A stretch of DNA of 64,000 nt, taken from positions 800,001 to 864,000 of the forward strand of contig CAWCNS010000004.1 in NCBI GenBank assembly GCA_963796965.1, written 5' to 3'. This DNA comes from Calditrichia bacterium (lineage in GTDB: Bacteria; Calditrichota; Calditrichia; JAJRVZ01). Under the pieces are notes generated by a model that was given only the letters and a program-made list of their open reading frames with translations, ran no database searches and was not told where the DNA came from. A program made the position numbers and the translations under genes. Numbering within the stretch: the stretch's first letter is position 1; every line of letters begins with the position of its first letter. Below are positions 31,464 to 42,097 of this stretch, in pieces.

Positions 31464-33545
31464 TTATCTGACGACGATAAATTTATCAACATGATCACCC
31501 AGGTCGCTTTCCACGGTATAAATGTAAACATCACTTACGATATACTGATTGAATTCAGTACGTAAATCCCAATCTTCACTGTTACTGCCATCCATATGTT
31601 CGATCTTATGTACATAATCCCCGTTGGTGGTATAGATGGTGATTGTACATTCCGGCGGTAATCCTGTAAATACGATTTTATCCGGCTCACCGGGGTAAGT
31701 TTTACCGGCAGCGCTATAGGGATTGGGAACAACCCTGATGTTATCAAGATTAGTTAGTCCATCGATGGATGGACTAGCACCCTGAGGGGCCCAGCCTGTC
31801 CAGGTATGATACTTGCTGCTTTCCAGAGAAACACCCGGATCTTCCCAGTTTTCAGAACCGTCATCATAAGCAACGACATAATAAAAATACTGAAAACCCG
31901 GAGTAACATTATTATCAACCGTTTCGGTAGCGGTACCGTCGTAAATTACACGGTAGATACTATCGCGGGCACCAATTGCTCTATAGACGCGATAACCGGC
32001 AAAATCATCATTACCTGTATCAAAATCAGGTTCTTCTGCTGATTCATTAGACCAGGAAAGCTTAACGCTAGCACCTTCAGCAGCCACCCAGAAATTTGCT
32101 GGTGGACGTGGTGCATCCGGAACATTAAATTTACCCTGGCCATGAACATTGTTAACATTATCGGCCGCATTCTGCAAGGTTACAAAAACAGAGTCACGAC
32201 TATTCAGAAATGCCGTTTCAATTTCGTCCATAACCGAACCCGTATAGCCAGCATCCCAGGCTTTTCTACCCCAATCAACACATTCTTGATGACTCATACC
32301 ACCGGCGGCGATGACATAGGTAATATTAACTGACTCATTAAAAGCCAGATTATAAGGACCGAAGGCGGTATAAGGACTGGGTATACTAATTTCCGGATTA
32401 AGTTCAATATGAGGGGTATTAAGGGGATAATGTCTCCCTTCCTCAAATTGGGCATTATACTGGTCTTCCATCGTCTTGACAATCCTGCCCAGATCGTAGT
32501 CACGTTCCTGGCGGTAGATGGTGCTTCTTGGTTGGGTAAGATCGTTGGTCCCTAAATTGTCAGGATCATCGGCATAAAGGGCTCCGACGCATAGGTAAGC
32601 CGGTGAAAGGAGTTCAACCCATCGTTCATCCGTACTGGGATCTCCAAAATCCATTTCCGGGATATTCGGATTATCACCATCATAGAAAAGCGCAAAGTGG
32701 CGACCATCGCCGAACGGTTCAACGAACTCTCCCCATTCATCGTTACCGGGCGAGATAGAACGATCGCGTCCGGCCTTTCCGTTCCAGGGATTCATCATCT
32801 GTGCCCACCAGAAATTATTAATGGTCTGGCCTTCCATGATATACGGCCAATCCGGATTATCCGGATCCGGTTGTGATGGGGTGTCACCGGGCAGTCCAAA
32901 GACTTTCCCATTATTTGTCAAGGTAATATCCCAGAGCGAATAGTCCCAATGTTTGGGTGAACTATACCCGTACATCATGCGTACATATTCTACACCCATG
33001 GTATAACGCCAGACCGATTTGATCGCCCGTTCGGCAACAAGGTTCTCATCAATTTCGGTATTTTCGTCATGGGTTCCCAAGAAATTATCTCCACCATCCG
33101 GTGTAATATTTACACCGTCTACAAAGATGTTCGGCTGCGGCCAGCGCTGGATCAGGATTTGTGTAACCGGCATAAGCGCAGTCTGATTTGTCTGATTCTT
33201 CCAAAATGGTAAATAATCATAATCATAGGTCCTGTACATTCCGGAAGTCCAGTACGGAAAAACCGTACCATCGGGGCCTGTCCAGTCAGTACATCCAGCC
33301 AGGGTTCCGCATTTGCGCACATTAGCGCCAAATATTTCCCGGATGCCATAACCTGCATCGGGATATTGTATGTAGCCCCCGGGCCAGGCGAATTGTCCGG
33401 ACCAGCCTTCAGCTCCATCGTATTCGGCATTGACAAATAAGCGGCCGATGCGCATAAAATGCATACCGGTATTTGTCGAGGCCATATCTACGAAAAGAGC
33501 GATCAACAGTATCGAAAAAATCATGATGATCAATATACGTTTCAT
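31464..33545 (-). CDS. Uncharacterised secreted protein with an FN3-like module and C-terminal Ig/CTD-like domain
   Basis: Signal peptide; PDAPRPP..VKLSW...FAGYRVYR...YFYYVVAYD; IRVVPNPY...ITIYTTNG..V...WDLRT....VSDVYIY...KFIVVR. Confidence 0.8.
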   Translation of the reverse strand: MKRILIIMIFSILLIALFVDMASTNTGMHFMRIGRLFVNAEYDGAEGWSGQFAWPGGYIQYPDAGYGIREIFGANVRKCGTLAGCTDWTGPDGTVFPYWTSGMYRTYDYDYLPFWKNQTNQTALMPVTQILIQRWPQPNIFVDGVNITPDGGDNFLGTHDENTEIDENLVAERAIKSVWRYTMGVEYVRMMYGYSSPKHWDYSLWDITLTNNGKVFGLPGDTPSQPDPDNPDWPYIMEGQTINNFWWAQMMNPWNGKAGRDRSISPGNDEWGEFVEPFGDGRHFALFYDGDNPNIPEMDFGDPSTDERWVELLSPAYLCVGALYADDPDNLGTNDLTQPRSTIYRQERDYDLGRIVKTMEDQYNAQFEEGRHYPLNTPHIELNPEISIPSPYTAFGPYNLAFNESVNITYVIAAGGMSHQECVDWGRKAWDAGYTGSVMDEIETAFLNSRDSVFVTLQNAADNVNNVHGQGKFNVPDAPRPPANFWVAAEGASVKLSWSNESAEEPDFDTGNDDFAGYRVYRAIGARDSIYRVIYDGTATETVDNNVTPGFQYFYYVVAYDDGSENWEDPGVSLESSKYHTWTGWAPQGASPSIDGLTNLDNIRVVPNPYSAAGKTYPGEPDKIVFTGLPPECTITIYTTNGDYVHKIEHMDGSNSEDWDLRTEFNQYIVSDVYIYTVESDLGDHVDKFIVVR

Positions 33546-33605
33546 AATTTAATCCTCTTTTTAATTTGTACCAGTTAACACTCGTTTCTCGGTAGTTAAC
33601 TGAGA

Positions 33606-36600
33606 TTAAAATTCGATCTTTAGACCAAACAGAAAAGACCGGGGATAATACCACAAAGCGAAATCTCTGTCTGGCGCAATCGGTGCCCGGGTTGTGCCGT
33701 TGACATCCACCCAGTTCTCAGTGAAGACATTATTGCCATTATTGTCTTCATATTCACCAATATAACGACCCAGACCGGTTTCTCCATCGACGACCTCCAA
33801 CAAATATTTTTGCTGTTGATCTGTGGCAAGATTGCCCAGGTTTAATGTTTCGTATTCGAACAGATTATTAACATCCATATAAACCAATACTCTTAAACCA
33901 TCCATCACCTGGATCGCTTTGCTTAAACGTAAATTGGTTTGATAATTATTCTGCCAGTAATAGACTGTCCTGACTTCACGGGTTGGTAAACCGGTGGGGT
34001 TGTAAATCAACTTTTTACCACTGGCCCAACTCTGCAGGATACTGAGACGCCAGTCTCCCCACAGGGTTCCGAAATCGCTGGGGGTATGAAAATTGAAATT
34101 GGCCAGGAAGGCGGGTTGGGTCTGCGGTTGTTCTTTGACCGCGGCATAGGCTAACTCAGTAGCCAGCGGATCCTGTTGGTATCTTGACAGACCATAATTA
34201 CCGGAAACATTGACCAGGTAATTCATGTTCAACCAGCCGGTAAAATACCGCCCGCGCATTTTGGTAATTTTAAATTCTATACCACGAAGATCCTGCCAGT
34301 TATTATTCCACTGCGTCGTATATGAGGAAGAACCTGCACCAACACCTTCATAATTGGTAAATTCACCGATTGAATAACTACCCGCGAGACCTATTACTTG
34401 TACGTTACCAAGTTGTTCTGAATTATCTTTGGAATAGAAATAGGCACGAACCAGGTAGTCTTCGGCAAAACTCTGCTCAAAACCGACTTCATAGGCAGCC
34501 GTACGGGGTGCTTCCAGATTGGCATTACCAATGCGGCGGATATCACCCTGCGGGTTACCAAATGCCCAGCTCTCGGAATAGATACCATAACGGGAAGAGC
34601 TGCCAGGTTCATTATAATATACCCCGTAATTAAAAAAGAATTTAGTCATTTCGCCGACGGGATGAGAGAAAGATAACCTTGGCGCCCAATAGGTATAGGA
34701 CTTGCTGTCTTCCTGTGGCAGATCAGCCGGACTGTCATATCCTGCGGTACCACCCCGTGCCCACAATAAGGTATATAAATTGCCAGGATCATAGATGACA
34801 CCATTGGCAGCATAATGTTCAACGCGTAAACCGACATTAGCAACTAATCCGCCATATTCGATCTTATCCTGAAAATATCCGGCAATATGGAATGGGTTCT
34901 CATCATAATTGACAAAATCCCCGGCATCGGGATCCAGAATGATAGCACCCTGTTCAAAATAATTCCGGACAACATGATCTGTTCCGTATTCGATCCCGCC
35001 TTTCAATAAATGATTATTATTGAGCTGACTGGTAAAATCGACATTGAACAGATGAGTCTTTACATAAGAATTATCATATACCGCGCCCTGACCGAAGAAC
35101 CAAAAATTTCCGGTCACATCATATTCGGAATTGCCAAAGTTTGTCCAACCGACCGGTGATTCATTAAAATCAACACCGGCGATAGTTTTAACCGTTGCCA
35201 AATTTCTATCAGCCGAGCGATCAGACACTGTCTCCGTACTATAGTAATTGTATCGCAATTCATAGAAAGTGGATTGATTCAAGGAATGCGTCATTTTGAG
35301 GCCATATTGGTTTGTCGTTGCCTCCAGAAGATTATTGGCAGCAAGATAATATTTATATTCACCCAGGGCAGACCCGACCGTATTATAGCCATAATTCATG
35401 ATCGCCTGGTTGCCCCAGCTAATACCGTTGGTACTACCATCGGTCTTTCCCCACATTCCACTTAACTGAAATTTAATATTATCACCGACCTTGAAATTAA
35501 TTTTGGCTTCAGTGGTCATGATGTCAGTGAATTCCCTGACTGCCGGCACAATTGGTGATGTACGGTTATATTTGAAACCAACAAAAAAACCGCGCTTGAT
35601 TAAGGCCGGGAATCGGGCCGCCAATACCGGCATCGAGAAAATGCTCCGGTGTATCGGCATAATCGTAGCCACGGGTTTGATATTTCCAGACATCTAACAA
35701 CTGCTGGGCTGTCCAGTCATCTTTACCCAGATAGCCTGCGGCATTCTTTGATTCGGCAAGTGCATCCCAGCCAATGAATAACTGGTTACCTTCCACATCA
35801 AGTACCGGATCAAACGAATTCGGGCCAGCAAAGGTTTTATAAGTATACTGATCAGTACCATAGGCACTTGGACCAAAATGCTTATATTGTCCCGGTGCAA
35901 TACGATAATCGACTGATCCGTTTAACTGGCTGCCACCCTCTTTGGAAATAATATTGAACATACCGGAACGCAGGTTACCATATTCAGCATTGAAACCACC
36001 ACTAAGCACCTGGATCTCGGAGACTGTTGCAGAATTGGTCTGGGTGTAGACCTTGTCATTAAGCTTGTCTTTTCGTTCCATACCATCAACCTGAAACCGA
36101 ACCTGGTCACTGCCACCGCCTCTTATCTGAACTTCAAATTCACTTTCAGCAACAGAAATACCTGGTTCAAGGCTGACTGCCTGCAGGATATCAGACACAG
36201 GAATTGTGGAAGCTTCCGTGGCTGTGGTAATGGTCTGACTGGAACCCACATCTTTCTGAACCAGGGGTCTTTCAGCGATGACTACGACTGTCTCTCCCTC
36301 CAGGACGGCCGAAGAGAGTTCAAAATCAGTACCGGTCGTTCTATCGACAATGACACGTACTTGCTCCTGAAGTACAGAGGTGTATCCTATCATAGTCGCC
36401 ATAACCGAATATTCACCGGGCGGGATATTAATGATATAAAATAAACCATCCACATCAGTAGCACCACCCATACTTGTTCCTTCAATTAAGATGTTGACAC
36501 CTGCCAGGGGTTCGCCGGTCGATGCATCTGTGACCAGGCCAGCGATTTTACCGGTTGTTCCTGCAAAGATACCTGAATCAGGAACAAACAATACCAGTGA

Positions 36601-36651
36601 GACCATAGCAAATAGGCAAACAACTTTTAGGAACCTATTCGAACTTATCAT
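33606..36651 (-). CDS. TonB-dependent receptor of about 1015 aa (frameshift near 35590)
   Basis: GTTGKIAGLVTDASTGEPLAGVNI, IRGG..DQVRFQVDG, GGFNAEYG; barrel with YFQDKIEYGGLVANVGLR, PRLSFSHP, GNANL, ending PRSFLFGLKIEF. Confidence 0.9.
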
Positions 36652-36837
36652 TTGTTTCCTCCATATTTTTAAATCATAGAGATAAATAACATTGAAACAG
36701 AAATGATCAAGGAAAGAAATTCTTTTGATGAAATAAGATCTTACTTTAAATATATTTCATACAGTGAGAATTTTAATTTTCCTATAATCAACAATAAATA
36801 TTTGAAAAAATTATGTGGACAAATTTGACTTGATTAC

Positions 36838-36851
36838 ATCACCTCCTTTCT
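36838..36851 (-). promoter_or_regulatory. Extended Shine-Dalgarno sequence with no properly spaced start codon
   Basis: Minus strand reads AGAAAGGAGGTGAT-G-TAA, about 190 nt upstream of the TBDR start. Confidence 0.5.
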
Positions 36852-36947
36852 AAATTAATCTATTCTATCTTTTCCGATAAATGCTTTTGATTCCTCCCTT
36901 TCTCTTTATATTACCAGTTGAGTTAATTATAGTTACATTTGGATTTA

Positions 36948-38333
36948 TTATAATTCCCGTTCTCTCCAGAGGACATTTTGGACTTCATTTTGAAAACTGG
37001 AGTGGACAAGGAAGTACCGATCATTTACACTTCTATCGACGAAAACGAAATGGTGTTTGCCACTGCTTGCGGTATAATAGTGCCAAATAATATATGGCTT
37101 TCCATCCATATTCATGGAGAAGTCCTCCACTTCATCAGGTTGGCCATAAACGACAAATATCCTGCCCATATCGCTGTTTAGTCCACTCCCGTTGCCTTTG
37201 AAATGCTCGTTAGCATAGGCAATCCTGGCAAAGGCGTTTTGCATAAACTCATTTTCGGGCGTTTCCGGGGAAGTATCTCTGGAATGCCAGAAATTTACCA
37301 GGAATGGTTCTAATCCTTTTCCATCCAGCATTTCAAACACTTCCAATTCTGTTGGCGTGGCAAAATACTTGATTTGATCACGATATCTTTTAACATCATC
37401 TTCGGTCATGGATAAGGTACCCTGAGACTCGTATACCCAAAATTTTGCCCTGGTTGAAACGGATCTGCCAGGGGTGCCATCTGCGACCATGACAGTCAGG
37501 TCATATTCCCCAGGTTTGAAACCAAAGATATTTAAAGATTGCGTTTTTATGCAGGATGTTCCAGGTTTAGCAATCGTTTGCCCGGGTGCAGACAAAAGGG
37601 TATCACCATTTGTATCTTCTATTGTATATGAAATTCTAAAATGCTTATTAATCTCATCTGTAGGAGCGACCAGGTTGTATATTTCAAAATATAGATTGAG
37701 ATAAGATTTATTATACTGATATTTCCGGGATGTATTTGGAATAACAGTCTTGTTGCCCTTTACGAATAATGGCTGGTTTTGTTGCTTTGAAATTAACGAT
37801 GCAAATTGGGGGGTGCTTAACTGAAGGGCGTCACCAAATTGTGGGACTTTCAATATTCGTGAGATGTTACTTGTTGATTGATTATTCTCATCTAAAAATT
37901 TAAGTGATAGATTATATTCGCCCGGCTTTAAATCAAATTTAAGCTGGTCAATGCTCCCCTTGCTTTTGTCATATGTCTCTTCAGTCGAATTGACCTGAAC
38001 TTGTCGTCTTTTATTCTTGTTTATAATCACCTTATCGTCAGGGGTCGTAACTACCAGGGAATAGGCGTAAGTGGCAATGAATTTATCATCAATCTCTTCA
38101 AATTTAAGTTCTTTTGATGCAAGAGAATAGTACAATTCAATCTGCGTATAACCCTCAGAACCACGATAAAAGCATAGATCCGTCCAGAATTGAGGAGATG
38201 TTGTACTTTTTGCAGGAAAGGTTAAATCAGTATCATAACTATTAGCCCCAAATACACTAAGCACCAAATTAATGTATACCAAAGGTATGATAGGATACCG
38301 CCGTTTGACATGCTTCAAACTTAGATTCCTCAT
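36948..38333 (-). CDS. GWxTD domain-containing protein
   Basis: C-terminal FW.SRDTSPETPENEF....FARIAYANEHF...GLNSDMGRIFVVYGQPD (GWxTD variant); N-terminal Ig-like region. Start codon uncertain. Confidence 0.85.
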   Translation of the reverse strand: MRNLSLKHVKRRYPIIPLVYINLVLSVFGANSYDTDLTFPAKSTTSPQFWTDLCFYRGSEGYTQIELYYSLASKELKFEEIDDKFIATYAYSLVVTTPDDKVIINKNKRRQVQVNSTEETYDKSKGSIDQLKFDLKPGEYNLSLKFLDENNQSTSNISRILKVPQFGDALQLSTPQFASLISKQQNQPLFVKGNKTVIPNTSRKYQYNKSYLNLYFEIYNLVAPTDEINKHFRISYTIEDTNGDTLLSAPGQTIAKPGTSCIKTQSLNIFGFKPGEYDLTVMVADGTPGRSVSTRAKFWVYESQGTLSMTEDDVKRYRDQIKYFATPTELEVFEMLDGKGLEPFLVNFWHSRDTSPETPENEFMQNAFARIAYANEHFKGNGSGLNSDMGRIFVVYGQPDEVEDFSMNMDGKPYIIWHYYTASSGKHHFVFVDRSVNDRYFLVHSSFQNEVQNVLWREREL

Positions 38334-38431
38334 TGAAAAAAAGGAGATATGTAAAAACCACTTATTTTATAAAGTCAATCCACCTTGACTAGGGGAGGCC
38401 CGTCTATATCGTTTTCAAATTCAGACACTTA

Positions 38432-38460
38432 ATTATAATTATCAATAGCCACATAGTCAA
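38432..38460 (-). promoter_or_regulatory. sigma70-type promoter for the GWxTD gene
   Basis: Minus strand TTGACT, 17 nt, TATAAT. Confidence 0.75.
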
Positions 38461-38571
38461 GATTTTTTTAAATGAATATAAATTAAAAATAGTGAATCAA
38501 TATTAGCTTAGTCTATTCATACAGCAGCCTTTAAATGCAATCAAAAACATTATTTAACCAAAGATGACTGA

Positions 38572-38676
38572 ACCGCAAGGACGCAAAGGAGGCGCAAAGC
38601 ACGCAAGGTATTTTTTATTTTTGAAAAAATATATTTAATCTTTGCGAACCTTGCGCCTTCTTAGCGTCTTAGCGGT
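38572..38676. repeat. Imperfect inverted repeat of CGCAA(A/G)G units
   Basis: ACCGCAAGGACGCAAAGGAGGCGCAAAGCACGCAAGG ... CTTTGCGAACCTTGCGCCTTCTTAGCGTCTTAGCGGT. Confidence 0.75.
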
Positions 38677-38770
38677 AAAAAACCTGACATAGAATTAATT
38701 GGCTGTCAATTTATCCCCAATCCCATATCCGGAATACTTTTCGTGTTTAAATTGTTATGTTGGATTCAAC

Positions 38771-38799
38771 TTGATTTTAGGTGAAGGGAACGGTAAATT
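38771..38799 (+). promoter_or_regulatory. sigma70-type promoter for tig-clpP-clpX
   Basis: TTGATT, 17 nt, TAAATT; SD AGGAGG at 38831. Confidence 0.55.
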
Positions 38800-38847
38800 T
38801 TTCATCTTAATTATATTGAAATAATGATTTAGGAGGTTTTGCATAGT

Positions 38848-40128
38848 ATGGTCTCAACGGCAATGGAAAGAGTATCTTCCTGTAAAGTAAAAATCAATAT
38901 TATGATGCCTGTAGATAGGGTCGATGGTATTCGAAAAGAGCAGGAAAAGCTGGCTCAGAAAGAAGCACAAATTCAGGGTTTCAGGAAAGGTAATGCCCCT
39001 CTTCATATGGTTAAAAGTATGTATGCCGGTATGATAGAGAAAAACACCCTGGATGAGGCTATGCAACAGGCCTTTGAGCAAGGTTTGAAAGAAAGCGATA
39101 TCCAGCCTGTTGGTTATCCGACTGTTAAAAGTTTTGATTTTGATGATGAAAAAAATTTGAATATGGAATTTGAAATTGAGACATATCCGGAAATCGAATT
39201 GAAAAAGTATAAAGATTTCAAATTTGAAAAGACATTATACAAAATTGAAGATTCAGATATAGAAGAAAATATAGATTATATCCGCAAGCAAAAGGCTATT
39301 ATATCAGAAGAAGATGGTCCGGCAGAATTGGGACAATTCATTACTCTTTCGCTTCAGGAATTAGACGAAACAGGCATGCCCCTTATCGGGAAGAAATATG
39401 ATGACCTGCGTGTGCAATTAGGTGAGGGACAATTTGATCCCGATCTTGAAACACAAATTGTGGGAATGAAATCCGGTGAAGATAGAATTATTGAAAAAAG
39501 GTATCCCGAAAGTGCTGGAAAGGAATTTGCCGGGAAGCTGGAACGGTTTAAGGTTACTGTCGTAAAAATTGAAAATGAGGAGCTACCCGATCTTGATGAT
39601 CAATTTGCACAAGATATGAATCTGGAATTAAAAACAGTAGATGATTTGAGGACAAAAGTTCGTGATGAGTTAGAGCATCGATGGGGTCAGGAATCAGAAC
39701 AAAAATTTTATCATCAGATGGCGCAGGAAATATTGCATGAAAATCCATTCGATGTACCGGATACAATGGTTGATAATTATTTGGATAAAATAGTAGAGGA
39801 TATACGTCAAAGAGAGCAAAACTTTGATGAAGAAGAAGTACGAAAACATTATCGTGCCGATGCGGTCTTCAATATTAAATGGTATCATCTAAAAGATAAA
39901 ATCGCCAACACTGAGAATCTGGAAGCAACAGACGATGATTACCAGACCTTTTTAAAGAATCTAGAAGATGACAAGATGCGTGAATTTTACGAATCCAACA
40001 AAGAAATTAAGCAACGTGTATTGAGTGATATTTTTGAGAAAAAAGTATTTGATTTTTTGGTAAACAGTTCGAAAATAAAAGAAAAGAAAGAATCGATAAA
40101 AAAACGAAAGGAATTTGCCAACGCATGA
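38848..40128 (+). CDS. tig: Trigger factor
   Basis: GFRKG ribosome-binding signature, FKBP-like middle domain, position upstream of clpP. ATG 38848 chosen from SD spacing. Confidence 0.93.
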   Translation: MVSTAMERVSSCKVKINIMMPVDRVDGIRKEQEKLAQKEAQIQGFRKGNAPLHMVKSMYAGMIEKNTLDEAMQQAFEQGLKESDIQPVGYPTVKSFDFDDEKNLNMEFEIETYPEIELKKYKDFKFEKTLYKIEDSDIEENIDYIRKQKAIISEEDGPAELGQFITLSLQELDETGMPLIGKKYDDLRVQLGEGQFDPDLETQIVGMKSGEDRIIEKRYPESAGKEFAGKLERFKVTVVKIENEELPDLDDQFAQDMNLELKTVDDLRTKVRDELEHRWGQESEQKFYHQMAQEILHENPFDVPDTMVDNYLDKIVEDIRQREQNFDEEEVRKHYRADAVFNIKWYHLKDKIANTENLEATDDDYQTFLKNLEDDKMREFYESNKEIKQRVLSDIFEKKVFDFLVNSSKIKEKKESIKKRKEFANA

Positions 40129-40730
40129 CATTAATTCCAATGGTTGTAGAACAGACGGGACGAGGCGAACGCGCTTATGATATTTACTCCCGCTTATTAA
40201 AAGAACGCATTATCTTTCTCGGTACTCCAATCGATGACAATGTTGCAAATCTGATCATCGCCCAGTTATTATTTCTGGCAGCTGAGGATCCCGATAAGGA
40301 TATCTATCTATATATAAATAGCCCCGGTGGCATTATTTCCAGCGGCCTTGCTATTCTGGACACAATGAATTTTATAAAACCAGATGTGGTTACAAATTGT
40401 GTTGGACAGGCGGCCAGTATGGGTGCCATCCTATTAACCGCTGGTGCCAAAGGCAAACGGTTTGCTCTTCCGCATGCGCGTGTGATGATCCATCAGCCTC
40501 TAGGCGGTATAGAAGGGCAGGCAACAGATATTGAGATCCATACCAAAGAAATATTGCGAATTCGTGAGACTGTCAATAAAATAATGGCTGATGCGACAGG
40601 GCAACCGCTTGAAAAGATTGCTAAAGATACAGATCGGAATTACTTTATGTCTGCTGAACAAGCTAAGACCTATGGGATTATTGATGATGTCATCTCAAAA
40701 AGCCCAGTTGCAAAGAGGGGTAGTAAGTAA
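40125..40730 (+). CDS. clpP: ATP-dependent Clp protease proteolytic subunit
   Basis: [37 protein letters not shown]. Confidence 0.98.
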   Translation: MTLIPMVVEQTGRGERAYDIYSRLLKERIIFLGTPIDDNVANLIIAQLLFLAAEDPDKDIYLYINSPGGIISSGLAILDTMNFIKPDVVTNCVGQAASMGAILLTAGAKGKRFALPHARVMIHQPLGGIEGQATDIEIHTKEILRIRETVNKIMADATGQPLEKIAKDTDRNYFMSAEQAKTYGIIDDVISKSPVAKRGSK

Positions 40731-41977
40731 TGGCTAAAGATGATTATAATGCTTCATCGGTTTATTGTACTTTTTGCGGAAAATCTGCTTCGGATGTAGA
40801 AAGCTTGATCTCCGGTCCCGGGGTTCACATTTGTAATGAATGTGTGATGACGGCCTCTGAAATAATCGAGAACCATCAACGTCGCTCCCGCCTCCCGAAA
40901 TCAAAACGTCTGCCAATCCCTGCAGAGATTAAGGATGAGTTAGATAAATATGTGATTAGCCAGGATGGGGCAAAAAAAACATTATCTGTCGCCGTTTACA
41001 ATCATTATAAACGCATAAATTATCAACGACAAATTGATGATATTGATATTGAAAAAAGTAATATCATGCTCATTGGACCTACCGGTACAGGTAAAACACT
41101 CCTGGCGCAAACGCTTGCCAAATTTCTAAAGGTTCCTTTTGCCATTGCCGATGCAACCGTTTTGACGGAAGCCGGGTATGTGGGCGAAGATGTGGAAAAT
41201 ATTCTGGTGCGACTATATCAAGCAGCGGATTATCAGGTTGATGAGACTGAACGGGGAATTATATATATCGATGAAATTGATAAAATTGCCCGAAAAGATG
41301 GCAATCCCTCCATTACGCGTGATGTTTCAGGGGAGGGCGTCCAGCAAGCCATTTTAAAAATGCTGGAAGGGACAATTTCAAGTATTCCTCCAAAAGGAGG
41401 ACGCAAGCATCCGGAACAAAAACTGGTCAATATAAATACAAAAAACATACTCTTTATTTGTGGTGGAGCATTTGAAGGCTTGGATAATATCATCGCCCGT
41501 CGTGTTGGCAAAAAGGCGATTGGATTCAATACACAAAATCATTTCACCAATAAATTTTCAAGGGGTGATCTCTACGCTATGGCTGAACCGGAAGATCTTC
41601 TGGAATATGGCTTGATCCCTGAATTAATTGGACGATTACCCGTGGTCAGTTCATTGAAAGATCTGGATGAAGCAGCCCTCAAGTCTATTTTGACCGAACC
41701 TAAAAATGCTTTAGTTAAACAATATAAAAAACTTTTAGAGATTGATAATATTAATCTGGTATTTAAAAATCCTGCTCTCACGGCAATCGTGGATATGGCA
41801 AAGAAAAGAAATACCGGAGCGCGGGCATTGCGGGCTATCATGGAAGAAGTTATGCTGGAAATTATGTATAAATTGCCTTCCTTGCCCGGTGTTGAAAGTT
41901 GTACCATTTCCAAAGAGACGGTTGAAAATAAAAAAGATCCGTTACTCACCTTTAAAAAATCCAAAAAAAGTGCCTAG
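40730..41977 (+). CDS. clpX: Clp protease ATP-binding subunit ClpX
   Basis: Zinc finger CTFCGK...[30 protein letters not shown] loop. Confidence 0.98.
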   Translation: MAKDDYNASSVYCTFCGKSASDVESLISGPGVHICNECVMTASEIIENHQRRSRLPKSKRLPIPAEIKDELDKYVISQDGAKKTLSVAVYNHYKRINYQRQIDDIDIEKSNIMLIGPTGTGKTLLAQTLAKFLKVPFAIADATVLTEAGYVGEDVENILVRLYQAADYQVDETERGIIYIDEIDKIARKDGNPSITRDVSGEGVQQAILKMLEGTISSIPPKGGRKHPEQKLVNINTKNILFICGGAFEGLDNIIARRVGKKAIGFNTQNHFTNKFSRGDLYAMAEPEDLLEYGLIPELIGRLPVVSSLKDLDEAALKSILTEPKNALVKQYKKLLEIDNINLVFKNPALTAIVDMAKKRNTGARALRAIMEEVMLEIMYKLPSLPGVESCTISKETVENKKDPLLTFKKSKKSA

Positions 41978-42015
41978 GCCGTAAGCAATAATTAATACAG
42001 AATATTCAAGTGAGA

Positions 42016-42097
42016 TGTCAAACGTCAAACGTCAAACGTCAAATGTGAGACGTGAAAAGCAAGCCGTAAAGTAGGGGCAGACCTGTGTGTCTGCCCT
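42016..42097. repeat. Heptamer run (CGTCAAA)n followed by a GTAG-type REP palindrome
   Basis: TGTCAAACGTCAAACGTCAAACGTCAAATGTGAGACGTGAAA, then GTAGGGGCAGACCTGTGTGTCTGCCCT (42071-42097). Confidence 0.75.

Noticed and set aside
36838..36851. 16S rRNA gene fragment
   Set aside because: The match is limited to 14 nt and the flanks are not rRNA-like; treated as an SD-type signal instead.
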